64,000 nucleotides of DNA from Candidatus Krumholzibacteriia bacterium (GTDB lineage: Bacteria; Krumholzibacteriota; Krumholzibacteriia; JAJRXK01), in assembly GCA_041484665.1 (NCBI GenBank), contig JBGPIA010000007.1:32001-96000 (forward strand), given 5' to 3'. A program made the translations under genes and the position numbers. Under the pieces are notes generated by a model. That model had not been told where the DNA came from. It searched no databases and saw only the letters and a list, made by a program, of their open reading frames with translations. Below, in pieces: positions 10,262-19,676 of this stretch (positions are counted from its first letter, which is position 1; the number at the start of each line of letters is the position of its first letter).

Positions 10262-10909
10262 ATGGGGCTGTTCAGAGTGGCACGACCGCGCGCGCGGGGG
10301 TTGGGGCTGTGGCCGTCGCTCCTGTTCGCCTCCGTGCTGGGATTGGCCGTTGTCGGAGCGGCATGGCTCAAGGCGCACCACCTGGGGTCGCTCGCGCACC
10401 GCGCGGACTGGCAAACGCAGGGCTTCGTGCTGCAGCGCCCCGCCTTCGACCGGCTGGCGTTCGAGCGAACTTCCGGCGGCGGATTCGATCCGTCCGGCGG
10501 CGGGGCGTATCCCGAAACGCTCCCGCAGACCCACAGCGCAGCCCAGCGGGAGTTCCTCCAGGCCATGGACGCCTACCTGCGCGGAGACGATCGCGGCGCG
10601 CTGTCGGGCTTCAATCGCGTCGTGCGCAGGGAGCCGCACTGGCCCGCGGCGCGCTTCTACCTGGGGGTCTCGAACCTGCTCGGCGGACATCCGGTCGCGG
10701 CGGTCTGTGACCTGCAGGCAGCACGTGACGCGGCCTTCTCCCCACCCGACGGCCCCTGCGAGTGGTGGCTTGGCATCGCCCAACTCTATAATGGCGAGCG
10801 CGCCGCTGGGCGGCGCTGCCTGAGCGCCGTCGCGTCATCCGCGGCGCCGCAGGCCGCGCAGGCGCGCAAGATCCTGGAGCACCTGGACCGCGAGGACACA
10901 TCACGATGA
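10262..10909 (+). CDS. Membrane-anchored TPR protein
   Basis: N-terminal hydrophobic helix; TPR-like helices (ARFYLGVSNL, WWLGIAQL); overlaps the next gene by ATGA. Confidence 0.65.
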   Translation: MGLFRVARPRARGLGLWPSLLFASVLGLAVVGAAWLKAHHLGSLAHRADWQTQGFVLQRPAFDRLAFERTSGGGFDPSGGGAYPETLPQTHSAAQREFLQAMDAYLRGDDRGALSGFNRVVRREPHWPAARFYLGVSNLLGGHPVAAVCDLQAARDAAFSPPDGPCEWWLGIAQLYNGERAAGRRCLSAVASSAAPQAAQARKILEHLDREDTSR

Positions 10910-11982
10910 GCGCTCCGAACGCACCCCACCCGACCGCCCAACCGCTTGCGGCGCTCGCGCTCGCAGTGCTGCTGCTGCCGGTGATCGGCGCGCCGGCGCG
11001 GGCCCAGACGATCACCGATATCGCGCCCGGCGTGAAGTTCATGGAGATGAACGCCGGTGACCTGGACGACCGCACCTACGCCTACGCGCTCGTGCGCAGC
11101 TCAGAGGTCCCCAGCATCGTCTTCCTGCCCCCGGAGGGGCTCGGCGCGAGCATCTACCTGGACCGGCCTGCGGGCGAGCCGGGCTGGATGCGGATGGCGC
11201 TGGACGCCGGCTGGAACTCCTTCGCCTTCGACCTGGTCGGCTGCGGGAAGTCACTCCCGCCGACCACCGACGATCTGGGCAGGCTGGTGGACAAGGCGCT
11301 GTACGGCGTCGTCCAGTCGGGCGCCTCGACGCAGTGCACGACGGTGTTCGCCGCGGGGATCAGCGCGGCGTTCCTGATCAAGGCGCGCGCCAGCGATCCC
11401 CAGTACATCGCGCCGGCGGTCCTGCTCGATCCGATCGGGCCGCGCGGCGCGCAGGCCATGACCGCGCTGACCCCGGACCAGCTGGTGGCGCGGCGGCGCA
11501 AGCTGGCGGACGCGCTGTGGGTGGAGTGGGGCGCCGGCCCCGTCCCGGGCAAGGAGAGCAAGAACTCCGATCTGGGCCGGGCGGGCTTCCAGACGCTGCT
11601 CGCCACCTACCAGCGCAACCAGCCGCAGTACTGGGCTGCCGCGCTGAGCAACTTCCAGACGCCCCTGGCGGTCAGCCAGGGATCCAATCTCTCCGGCTGG
11701 CGCGTGCTGATCCTGCGCAGCCCGGGCCGCAGCGGTGAGCAGATCGCACGCGAGGACCAGCTCGCCGCGTGGCTGGGCGAGCGGGGCGTCAAGGTCGAGC
11801 GCCGCAAGTTGGAGGACCTCGGGCTTGCGGGTTTGTCGGCGCTGCCCATGTGCGGACGCAACGCCTCGGCGGTCTTCCACGAGATCCTCACCTGGTCCAG
11901 CCAGTTCATCCCGGCGGGGAAGGCGCCGCACACGGCGCCGCTTCCCGATCAGGCCCCGCAGCAGCCTCAGCAGCCGAAGTAG
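10906..11982 (+). CDS. Exported protein with a degenerate alpha/beta-hydrolase-like fold
   Basis: Signal peptide ending ARA-Q; GWNSFAFDLVGCGKS resembles the hydrolase DxxGxGxS strand; no clear GxSxG. Confidence 0.55.
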   Translation: MSAPNAPHPTAQPLAALALAVLLLPVIGAPARAQTITDIAPGVKFMEMNAGDLDDRTYAYALVRSSEVPSIVFLPPEGLGASIYLDRPAGEPGWMRMALDAGWNSFAFDLVGCGKSLPPTTDDLGRLVDKALYGVVQSGASTQCTTVFAAGISAAFLIKARASDPQYIAPAVLLDPIGPRGAQAMTALTPDQLVARRRKLADALWVEWGAGPVPGKESKNSDLGRAGFQTLLATYQRNQPQYWAAALSNFQTPLAVSQGSNLSGWRVLILRSPGRSGEQIAREDQLAAWLGERGVKVERRKLEDLGLAGLSALPMCGRNASAVFHEILTWSSQFIPAGKAPHTAPLPDQAPQQPQQPK

Positions 11983-12096
11983 CGAGCGGGCAGGCCAGCG
12001 CCATCGGTAAGGATGGTGCGGGTGGCGGGACCGTGGGTGGGACTCGACGAGCAGGCCGGCACCAGCGGCTCGAGAGCGGGCAAGGAGAGCAGCAGC

Positions 12097-12786
12097 ATGG
12101 CAGACTGCGTCTTCGACATCGAGACGGCGCCCCTGCCCGCGGACCACATTCCCGCGGCCGTCGTCGAGGCGTTGCAGCGCAGCTTGCCCGAGGACCGCCA
12201 TGAGCAGTGGCGCGAGCAGCTCGCGCTCCACGCGCCCACGGCCAGTGTGGTCGCGATCGGGATGATCAACCCGCAATCGCGCTCGGGGGTCGCGTTGTAC
12301 GACGACCGCCACGGCCGGTTGTCGTCCATCGCCATGCCCGAGGGCTACAGCTGCACGCAGCTCGCCGGCGGCGATGAGACCGCGATTCTCTCGCGCTTCT
12401 GGGCGCTGATCATTCCCTACGAGCGCGTAATCAGCTACAACGGGCGCGGCTTCGATGTGCCGTTCTTGATGCAGCGCTCGCTGATCCGCGGCGTGCCCCT
12501 CACCCGCAACCTCATGGGATCGCGCTACGGGACCCGCGTTCACCTCGACCTGGCGGACGTACTGACGCAGTTCGGCGCCACGCGCCGCTACAGCCTCGCG
12601 GGCTGGGCGGTGACCCTGGGGGTCCAGAACCCCAAGGAAGGACCCGTGCGCGGAGCCGAGGTCGGCGCCGCCTTCGAGGCGGGACGTACGCAGGAGATCG
12701 TCGAGTACTGCATGCGCGACGTCGTCGCGACGGCCCGACTCGGCGAGCGCGTGCTGCGGCTGTGGAGCGAGGTGTTGCGCGGATGA
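12097..12786 (+). CDS. Stand-alone DEDDy 3'-5' exonuclease (PolB exonuclease-like)
   Basis: FDIET (ExoI), SYNGRGFDVPFL (ExoII), YCMRDV (ExoIII); AAGGAG RBS. Confidence 0.85.
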   Translation: MADCVFDIETAPLPADHIPAAVVEALQRSLPEDRHEQWREQLALHAPTASVVAIGMINPQSRSGVALYDDRHGRLSSIAMPEGYSCTQLAGGDETAILSRFWALIIPYERVISYNGRGFDVPFLMQRSLIRGVPLTRNLMGSRYGTRVHLDLADVLTQFGATRRYSLAGWAVTLGVQNPKEGPVRGAEVGAAFEAGRTQEIVEYCMRDVVATARLGERVLRLWSEVLRG

Positions 12787-12911
12787 GTGGTGGCTCCAGC
12801 GTGCGCGGCGCGCCCGGCACCCGCCGTCTCGAACCGCAGTGTGCGCTCGGTCCGGCAGACCGCTGCCGGACTTCTGCTTGATCTCCCGTCATGTTCGGAG
12901 GAGCTCCTTCC

Positions 12912-14948
12912 ATGAACCGCGCCCAGGCCCAACCCACTGCCTCGTCCCTCGACCAGCTCTGCGTCAACACGATCCGTACGCTGGCTATGGACGCGGTACA
13001 GAACGCCAACTCCGGCCATCCGGGCATGCCCATGGGGGCGGCGCCCATGGCGTACGTGCTGTGGACGCGCCATCTGCGCCACAACCCCAAGGATCCGGGC
13101 TGGGCCGATCGCGACCGCTTCGTGCTCTCTGCCGGCCACGGCAGCATGCTGCTCTACGCGCTGCTGCACCTGACGGGCTACGACGTCGGTATGAACGACC
13201 TCAAGCGCTTCCGGCAGTGGGGTAGCCGCACGCCGGGCCATCCCGAGCGGCTGCTCACGCCGGGTGTCGAGGCCACCACGGGCCCGCTGGGCCAGGGCAC
13301 GGCAAACGCCGTCGGGATGGCGATCGCCGAGCGCGCGCTGGCGCACCTCTTCAATCGCCCGGACCACGCGATCGTCGATCACTTCACCTTCGCCCTCGTA
13401 TCCGACGGTGATCTGATGGAGGGCGTGTCGGCCGAGGCGTCCTCGCTGGCCGGCCATTTGAAGCTCGGCAAGCTCATCTATCTCTACGACTCCAACGGCG
13501 TCTCGTTGGATGGCCCACTCTCCATGGCGTTCTCCACGGAGGACGTCGCCGAGCGTTACCTGGCGTACGGGTGGCAGGTCCTGCGCGTCGAGGACGGCGA
13601 CCGCGACCTCGCGGCGATCGACCGCGCGCTCAGTGCGGCAAAGGCAGAGACCGCGCGCCCATCGCTGATCATCGTGCGCACGACGATCGGCTACGGCTCG
13701 CCTCACAAGGCAGGAACGTCGGCGGCGCACGGCAGCCCGCTCGGCGCCGAGGAGGTCAAGCTGGCCAAGGCCGCCCTCGGCTGGGATCCAGAGCAGACGT
13801 TCTACGTGCCGGCGGCAGCCCTCGAGCAGTTCCGCGCCGCCGTCGGCCGCGGTGAGCACGCGCAGTCCCAGTGGCAACGGCGGCTCGACGCGTACGCGAC
13901 GGCGTTCCCTCCGCTCGCGGCGCAGTGGCGGCAGGCGACGCGCGGGGAGCTGCCCGAGGGGTGGGGCGCGGCGCTTCCGGCCTGGAAGGCGGGGGCGATG
14001 GTCTCCACGCGCGCAGCCGGCGGGAAGGCGCTCAACGCCATCGCCGCCAAGGTGCCCTGGCTGCTCGGCGGAGATGCAGATCTCTCGTCGTCGACGAAGA
14101 CGGCGCTGGAGGGCGCAGGCGCCTTCGACGGCCAGACCGGAGCGGGGCGCAACATCCACTTCGGTGTGCGCGAGCACGCCATGGGCTCGATCGCCAACGG
14201 CATCGCCTACCATGGCGGCCTGCGCCCCTTCGTCTCGACGTTCTTCGTGTTCTCCGACTACATGCGACCGCCCGTGCGCCTGGCCGCCCTCAGCGAGCTG
14301 CCGGTGATCTGCGTGTGGACCCACGACTCGATCGCCGTGGGAGAGGACGGCCCGACCCATGAGCCCGTAGAGCACCTCATGGCGCTGCGGGCCATCCCCA
14401 ACATGAGCATCGTGCGGCCGGCCGACGCCAACGAGACGGCCGCGGCCTGGCGCTGCGCGATGCTGCACGCCGACGGTCCGGTGGGCCTCGTGCTCAGCCG
14501 ACAGGACCTCCCGGTGTTGGCGGCGACGCCGGACCGGGTCGCCGAGGGCGTCAAGCGTGGCGCGTACGTCGTCTCCGATCCGCCCGCCGGGCAGATCGAC
14601 GCTCTGGCGATCGCCACGGGCTCGGAGGTGCAACTGGCCGTGGCCGCGCAGCAGCTGCTCGCCGCCGAAGGCATCGGCGTGCGCGTGGTCTCGATGCCCT
14701 GCTGGGAGTGGTTCGCCCGGCAGGACGGCGACTACCGTGACAGCGTGCTGCCTCCGCAGGTCGCCGCGCGGGTGTCTGTGGAGGCGGGCGTCTCCTTCGG
14801 CTGGCAGCGCTGGATCGGCCCGCGCGGGATCGCAGTCGGCCTGGATCGCTTCGGCGCGTCGGCGCCCGGCGAGGTAAACCTCGAGAAGCTGGGGTTCACT
14901 GCCCAGCGCGTCGCGGAAGCGATCAAGCAGGTGCTCCAGGTCGTCTGA
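12912..14948 (+). CDS. tkt: Transketolase
   Basis: [35 protein letters not shown] ThDP motif, [17 protein letters not shown]. Confidence 0.98.
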   Translation: MNRAQAQPTASSLDQLCVNTIRTLAMDAVQNANSGHPGMPMGAAPMAYVLWTRHLRHNPKDPGWADRDRFVLSAGHGSMLLYALLHLTGYDVGMNDLKRFRQWGSRTPGHPERLLTPGVEATTGPLGQGTANAVGMAIAERALAHLFNRPDHAIVDHFTFALVSDGDLMEGVSAEASSLAGHLKLGKLIYLYDSNGVSLDGPLSMAFSTEDVAERYLAYGWQVLRVEDGDRDLAAIDRALSAAKAETARPSLIIVRTTIGYGSPHKAGTSAAHGSPLGAEEVKLAKAALGWDPEQTFYVPAAALEQFRAAVGRGEHAQSQWQRRLDAYATAFPPLAAQWRQATRGELPEGWGAALPAWKAGAMVSTRAAGGKALNAIAAKVPWLLGGDADLSSSTKTALEGAGAFDGQTGAGRNIHFGVREHAMGSIANGIAYHGGLRPFVSTFFVFSDYMRPPVRLAALSELPVICVWTHDSIAVGEDGPTHEPVEHLMALRAIPNMSIVRPADANETAAAWRCAMLHADGPVGLVLSRQDLPVLAATPDRVAEGVKRGAYVVSDPPAGQIDALAIATGSEVQLAVAAQQLLAAEGIGVRVVSMPCWEWFARQDGDYRDSVLPPQVAARVSVEAGVSFGWQRWIGPRGIAVGLDRFGASAPGEVNLEKLGFTAQRVAEAIKQVLQVV

Positions 14949-15704
14949 CTCACCCCGGTCGACCGGGGGCCGGCGGTCTGGCAGGGCGGTCTGCCCGGCG
15001 GGGCGCAAGCGCCGCCGACGCCGCTGCGCCTCGCCCGGGGGGCTGCCGAGCATCCCCGATCACGGACCTTCGCTGCCCCGGCTCACCTCTCCCGTAACGC
15101 ATCGGGCGGCGAGTAGCCCGCGGTCCCCTGCCCCCATGGCCGACGTTCGCATCCGACCATCTCCCGCCCAGGACGCACGTGGCCTGGATCGGACCCCGCG
15201 ACGTCCCAAGACCCAAGCCTCCATCGCCGACGTTCGCATCCGGCTTGTTTCACACTCTGGGCCTGCGGCTCATATGGGTCGCTCGAACGACACGCCCGCG
15301 GTGCAAGCTGAGCGCGCCCGCTAAGCCGCAGCAGCCCGCCGCCCTCGGACCGCCCGAGGGAGCGCCAGTCGCCGGGAACCGTGGCGGCCCCCTGGGCCCC
15401 GCCCAAGCGCGGCATCCTGGCGAATCCTCTCGATTGCAACGAGGCGGATGGGAGAGCATCTCCCATGCCAGACGGGCGTTTGGAGATCAGACTGAAATCT
15501 ATTGAAAATAAACAGTTTAGTCGATCGAAGGACAACCGACCGTCAACGCGCGGCACCCGCGGTGTCACCCTCGCCGGGCACCGCGTCACGAGGCGGTCGC
15601 ATGGGTCCATCAAGTTGATGCACGCCAACGCGTTCGCGCCGCACAGGCCAGCTCTCCTGAGTTCAGGGCACTTTCCGGGCATCAGGACACTCGCCGGAGC
15701 GCCG

Positions 15705-17564
15705 TCAGCCCGTGCGCGCTCCGCGCGCCGAGGCGGACCCCCTCGGCGGGTAATCGAGCGTCCCGTCCATCTCCGACACCGTCGCGGCCGGCATCTCGGG
15801 GATGGGCAGCGCGCCCTGCTGGCGCAGAGCATCCACCTGCTGCTCCGCAAGCGAGGTGCGCTGGGGGTCCGTGCCCCGGTCTCGGCCCAGATAGAGAGTC
15901 TGCGCCGGAACGGCGATGCCCGTTCCGCTCGACTGCAGGACCTCCATCACGCGCAGCAGGACGTCCTCGCGAACCGCACTAAACTCGTGCAAGTCCTTCG
16001 TGCGAACGAAGCCGAGCAGCTCCACGTCCAGCGAGGAGATCCCCAGGCCGACGAAGCGCACCCGCGACGAGTCGGTAACGACGCGGGGGTGCGCGACCAG
16101 CAGCTTCTTGAGCTCGACGAGCACGTAGCGCAGCTGATCGGGGGTGGTCTCGCAGCGCAGGCCCACGCGCAACAACAGCCGGAACTGATCGCGGCGCCCG
16201 AGGTTCTCGATCTGCATGCTGGCGAACTCGCCGTTGGGGATGGCCACCACCGTCCGGTCGAGGGTGCGAATGCGCGTGGAGCGCAGTCCAATATCCTCGA
16301 CCGTGCCCTCGACGCTGCCGATCCGGCAGGCGTCCCCGACGCGCACGGGCTGGTCCATGATCACGGCGATCCCGCCGAAGAAGTTCTCGAACGTCTTCTG
16401 CGCCGCGAGCGCCACGGCCAGTCCGCCCACGCCCAGGCTCGCGACCAGGCCGGTCACCTGCACGCCCAGATTCTGCAGCAGGCCGATGAAGGCCAGGGTG
16501 CCCAGCGCGACCTTCACGGTCCGGCGGCCGAGCGGGAGCACCGAGACCGCGGCGGTCTTTCCCTGAGCCTGCAGCTGGGCCTCGAGCATGGCCGAGCAGA
16601 GATCGACCAAGCGGATCGCGATCCAGGTGACCGCGATGACCGTGATGCCGGCCTGGACCGCCCGCAGCGCCGTATGCACGGGCACCGAGAGGCCCACGAA
16701 CAGCGTGCCGATCGAGAACGCCGCCACCCATGCGCCCACGCGCAGGGGCCCAACCATCATCTCCAGGAGCCGGTCGTCGAAGGTGATTTGCGTGCGCCGG
16801 ACGAGTGGGCGCAGGACCGCGTAGACGATCGACTGGGCGATCCAGGCCACGCCCATCGCCACGAAGATGAGAACCAGCAGCCCGAGCCACTGCCACAATC
16901 GCATCTCCAGGAAGCGGATTCTGACGAGTGGTGCGGGCAGCAGTTTCTCGATCGGTCCATTGCCGAACTCGCCGTAGAGGAATGGGATGCGCGTCACCGT
17001 CGACAAGGAGAACCGCCAGCGGGGCGTTTCATCCGGATCGAAGACGCGCTGCAGCAGGATGTCCACGGAGCCGCGCGAGGTCGCGATGGTCCCGACCCGC
17101 TCGAAATCGTCGGGCAGCCCATCGTCGAGCTCCCCCGCGGGCGCGTCGCTGAGCACGTCGAGATCGATCCACAATTTCTGGTCGAGCACCGTCTTGAGCT
17201 GCTCGGCGAGCACCGGGCCCTCGGCCACGCGCTGGAGCGCGGGGACGTGGCGCAAGTCCAGGAACCCGGCGGCGTGCCGGTAGTCACCGGCGCGGCACGC
17301 CTCGAGGTAGGACAGGACCACTTCGCGGGGTACGTCGCGCAGCGGCTCGTCGGGAAGGGCTCCCACGCGAGTCTGCGTGCTCGACGCAATGGCGGCACCG
17401 GCGGATGCTGCGGCGGGCGTGGTCGCGCGCTCCTGGGCCAGCGGCGCGCTCGTCATCAGGGCGTCCCACGCACCAGCGATCAGCAGAGCGCTCAACAGAG
17501 CGCTGGTCAGAGCGCTCACCGCCGATCGCTGCGTGACGAACCGCAGGTCGCGTCGCATCACCAT
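15705..17564 (-). CDS. MscS family mechanosensitive channel with N-terminal periplasmic domain
   Basis: LGVGGLAVALAAQ, DQPVRVGD, GTVEDIGLRSTRIRT, IPNGEF. Confidence 0.92.
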   Translation of the reverse strand: MVMRRDLRFVTQRSAVSALTSALLSALLIAGAWDALMTSAPLAQERATTPAAASAGAAIASSTQTRVGALPDEPLRDVPREVVLSYLEACRAGDYRHAAGFLDLRHVPALQRVAEGPVLAEQLKTVLDQKLWIDLDVLSDAPAGELDDGLPDDFERVGTIATSRGSVDILLQRVFDPDETPRWRFSLSTVTRIPFLYGEFGNGPIEKLLPAPLVRIRFLEMRLWQWLGLLVLIFVAMGVAWIAQSIVYAVLRPLVRRTQITFDDRLLEMMVGPLRVGAWVAAFSIGTLFVGLSVPVHTALRAVQAGITVIAVTWIAIRLVDLCSAMLEAQLQAQGKTAAVSVLPLGRRTVKVALGTLAFIGLLQNLGVQVTGLVASLGVGGLAVALAAQKTFENFFGGIAVIMDQPVRVGDACRIGSVEGTVEDIGLRSTRIRTLDRTVVAIPNGEFASMQIENLGRRDQFRLLLRVGLRCETTPDQLRYVLVELKKLLVAHPRVVTDSSRVRFVGLGISSLDVELLGFVRTKDLHEFSAVREDVLLRVMEVLQSSGTGIAVPAQTLYLGRDRGTDPQRTSLAEQQVDALRQQGALPIPEMPAATVSEMDGTLDYPPRGSASARGARTG

Positions 17565-17576
17565 GGAACCCAGACC

Positions 17577-18467
17577 TCAACCGGCTGCGGCGCGCGCGCG
17601 AGGCCGGGCGACGAGCTGCCGCGCGACGAGCAGGACCTTCTCCGCCGGCGACAGGCCAACGGTGCGCTCCAGCACCACTTCGGGCTTCGCCGCGATGCGC
17701 CGCAAGATCTCCTGGTAGACCCCGGCCATCAGCCGCGCCGCGAGCCGCGCGTCGTCGTGCAATGCGTCGGAGAGCGGCGCCGCCTCGGCGTAGAAGCGTT
17801 GGGCGCGAGCCACGTTCACGCGCATGACGGCCAGGAAGCCCGGCGAGCTGTGTCCGGCCGCCAGGTCCCGCTCGCGGACACCGAAGCGCGCAAGCTCGTC
17901 GTGCGGCAGGTAGCAGCGACCACCGCGGGCGTCCTCGCCCACGTCCCGCAGGATGTTGGTGAGCTGCAGACCGAGGCTGAGGCTTCGCCCGCAGGTGTGG
18001 GCGCGCTCGTCCTTGGCGCCGAAGATGGCGATGCAGATGCGCCCGATCGACTCCGCCACCAACGCACAATAGCCCAGCAGATCTTCGATCGTCGCGTAAC
18101 GCCGCGCCGAGAGATCCTCTCGGCAGCCCTGGATCAAGGCCGCGAAGGCCTCCTGCGGGATCGGGTAGGCGGACAGCACGTCGGCCAGCGCCAGACCGAT
18201 CGGATGTTGCGGGCGACCGGCGTATACGTCGGCGAGCTCGCGCTCCCAGGCGCCAAGCAGCTCGTGCGCCGAGACGCCGGGCGGATGCAGGCCGGACTGC
18301 GGATGGTCCGCAGCGTCGTCCGCATAGCGGCAGAAGGCGTACGACGCATAGACGGCGCGGCGCTTGAGTGTCGGCAGGAAGCGGAAGCCCACGTTGAAAT
18401 TCGCGCCGCGTTGCTCGGCGATGCGGCGGCAGAAGGCGTGGGCCTGCGCGAGATCCGATGCGCTCAA
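17577..18467 (-). CDS. Squalene/phytoene synthase family protein (HpnD/CrtB-like)
   Basis: YAFCRYADDAAD and LQLTNILRDVGEDA Asp-rich motifs, GRCYLP; TTG start overlaps the upstream TGA. Confidence 0.9.
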   Translation of the reverse strand: MSASDLAQAHAFCRRIAEQRGANFNVGFRFLPTLKRRAVYASYAFCRYADDAADHPQSGLHPPGVSAHELLGAWERELADVYAGRPQHPIGLALADVLSAYPIPQEAFAALIQGCREDLSARRYATIEDLLGYCALVAESIGRICIAIFGAKDERAHTCGRSLSLGLQLTNILRDVGEDARGGRCYLPHDELARFGVRERDLAAGHSSPGFLAVMRVNVARAQRFYAEAAPLSDALHDDARLAARLMAGVYQEILRRIAAKPEVVLERTVGLSPAEKVLLVARQLVARPRARAAAG

Positions 18468-19669
18468 TGGGCCTGCTCCTGGGCTTGGGCCAGCAGCTCC
18501 ACCAACTCCTCGGGGGTCGCCTGGATCCGGCGCGCGCGGCACCAATGGACGCCGAGACGATGGCTGCACGCGGCGGCCCCGGCAATGACTGAACCACCAG
18601 CGCGGCCAGCCCCGCGGCCACCGCCGCGGCCGGCGCCCCAGCGCCACCGCACCCACGGCAGCAGCGCTCGCTTCAGCCCATGTGCCGCGTACAGGCCATC
18701 GAGCGTGGCACGGAGGTCACGCCCCCGCAGCGCCCCGACCATCCGCGCGCTGCCGCCGGGAGCATGCTCGAAGAGATAGCGATCGACAAGGCTTGCTAGC
18801 ATGCGGCGCCTCATCTGCGCGCCCCACAGCCGGTCATAGCTCTCGCCATCGGCCAGCGCCTGCCCCGCCAGTGCCCCCGACACGAGTGCCGGCCGCAGCC
18901 CCAACCCGAATAGGTAGTCCTGGAAGCCGCCGGCCTCGCCCACATGCGGACGGCCATCGACGGTTGCTGACGCCGGCAGGCAGAAGCTCATGGGGTAGCG
19001 TGCCGTTCTCGGTTCGCGGATGTCCACGGCCTGCTGCTGTGCGAAGCGCGCGAGCGCCGCCTCGAGCATGCGCTGCAGCTCGCGGAATCCCGCCACGACG
19101 GCCACTCCCAGCGTGCCGCGCCCGTCGCGGATCATCAGGTAGCCGTAGCCTCCCGGAGTGACCGTATCGTCGAAGAGGACTTCGGTGCGGTCGGGCGAGT
19201 CCGTGCGGAACAGCGCCTCCAACGCGAGCCCATCCACGCTGGCGGGGCCCGTGGCCACGACGTCGGCTTGGGCCAGCGGGAGCCGGCTGTCCGTGTGCAG
19301 CACGACACCCAACTGCGTGGCGTGGCGCGCCAGCGCCGAGTCCAGCGTGCCGGGCTGGGGTCCGCGGCGGATCAGGAGCGCGTAGGGCTCGGCGCTGTGC
19401 AGCTCCACGTGCCTGCCCTGCTGGTGCACGAAGCGTGCGTCCTGCAGGGGCTGCAGCTCGAGGTCGGCGCTGCGCAGCCCCGCGCCCAGGAGCAGCTCGA
19501 AGCCGTGGGGGGACTCGCCGAAGCAGGGCAGGATCTGGAAGCCACCGCCGAAGCGCCCGCCGATCGCGGAGCGCTGTTCGTGGACCTCGGCCTGGATGCC
19601 GCGCTGCGCCAGAGCAATCGCGCACGCGAGCCCGGCAGGTCCGGCGCCGGCAATGCGCACCACAGCCAT
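18464..19669 (-). CDS. FAD-dependent oxidoreductase, geranylgeranyl-reductase-like
   Basis: IAGAGPAGL, PGGYGY, VGEAGGFQDYLFGLGLRPALVSG (GGR/aromatic hydroxylase-type FAD motif). Confidence 0.8.
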   Translation of the reverse strand: MAVVRIAGAGPAGLACAIALAQRGIQAEVHEQRSAIGGRFGGGFQILPCFGESPHGFELLLGAGLRSADLELQPLQDARFVHQQGRHVELHSAEPYALLIRRGPQPGTLDSALARHATQLGVVLHTDSRLPLAQADVVATGPASVDGLALEALFRTDSPDRTEVLFDDTVTPGGYGYLMIRDGRGTLGVAVVAGFRELQRMLEAALARFAQQQAVDIREPRTARYPMSFCLPASATVDGRPHVGEAGGFQDYLFGLGLRPALVSGALAGQALADGESYDRLWGAQMRRRMLASLVDRYLFEHAPGGSARMVGALRGRDLRATLDGLYAAHGLKRALLPWVRWRWGAGRGGGRGAGRAGGSVIAGAAACSHRLGVHWCRARRIQATPEELVELLAQAQEQAH

Positions 19670-19676
19670 CGGCGCG

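Noticed and set aside
15243..15260. IS-like terminal sequence (TTGTTTCACACTCT)
   Set aside because: No matching inverted partner or transposase remnant was found, so it is not called a mobile element.
15381..18779. 1132-aa plus-strand ORF, and similar long ORFs at 12588-15053, 50174-52828, 57353-59548 and 46945-48555
   Set aside because: These are antisense shadows of well-supported genes, expected at high GC, and carry no motifs of their own.
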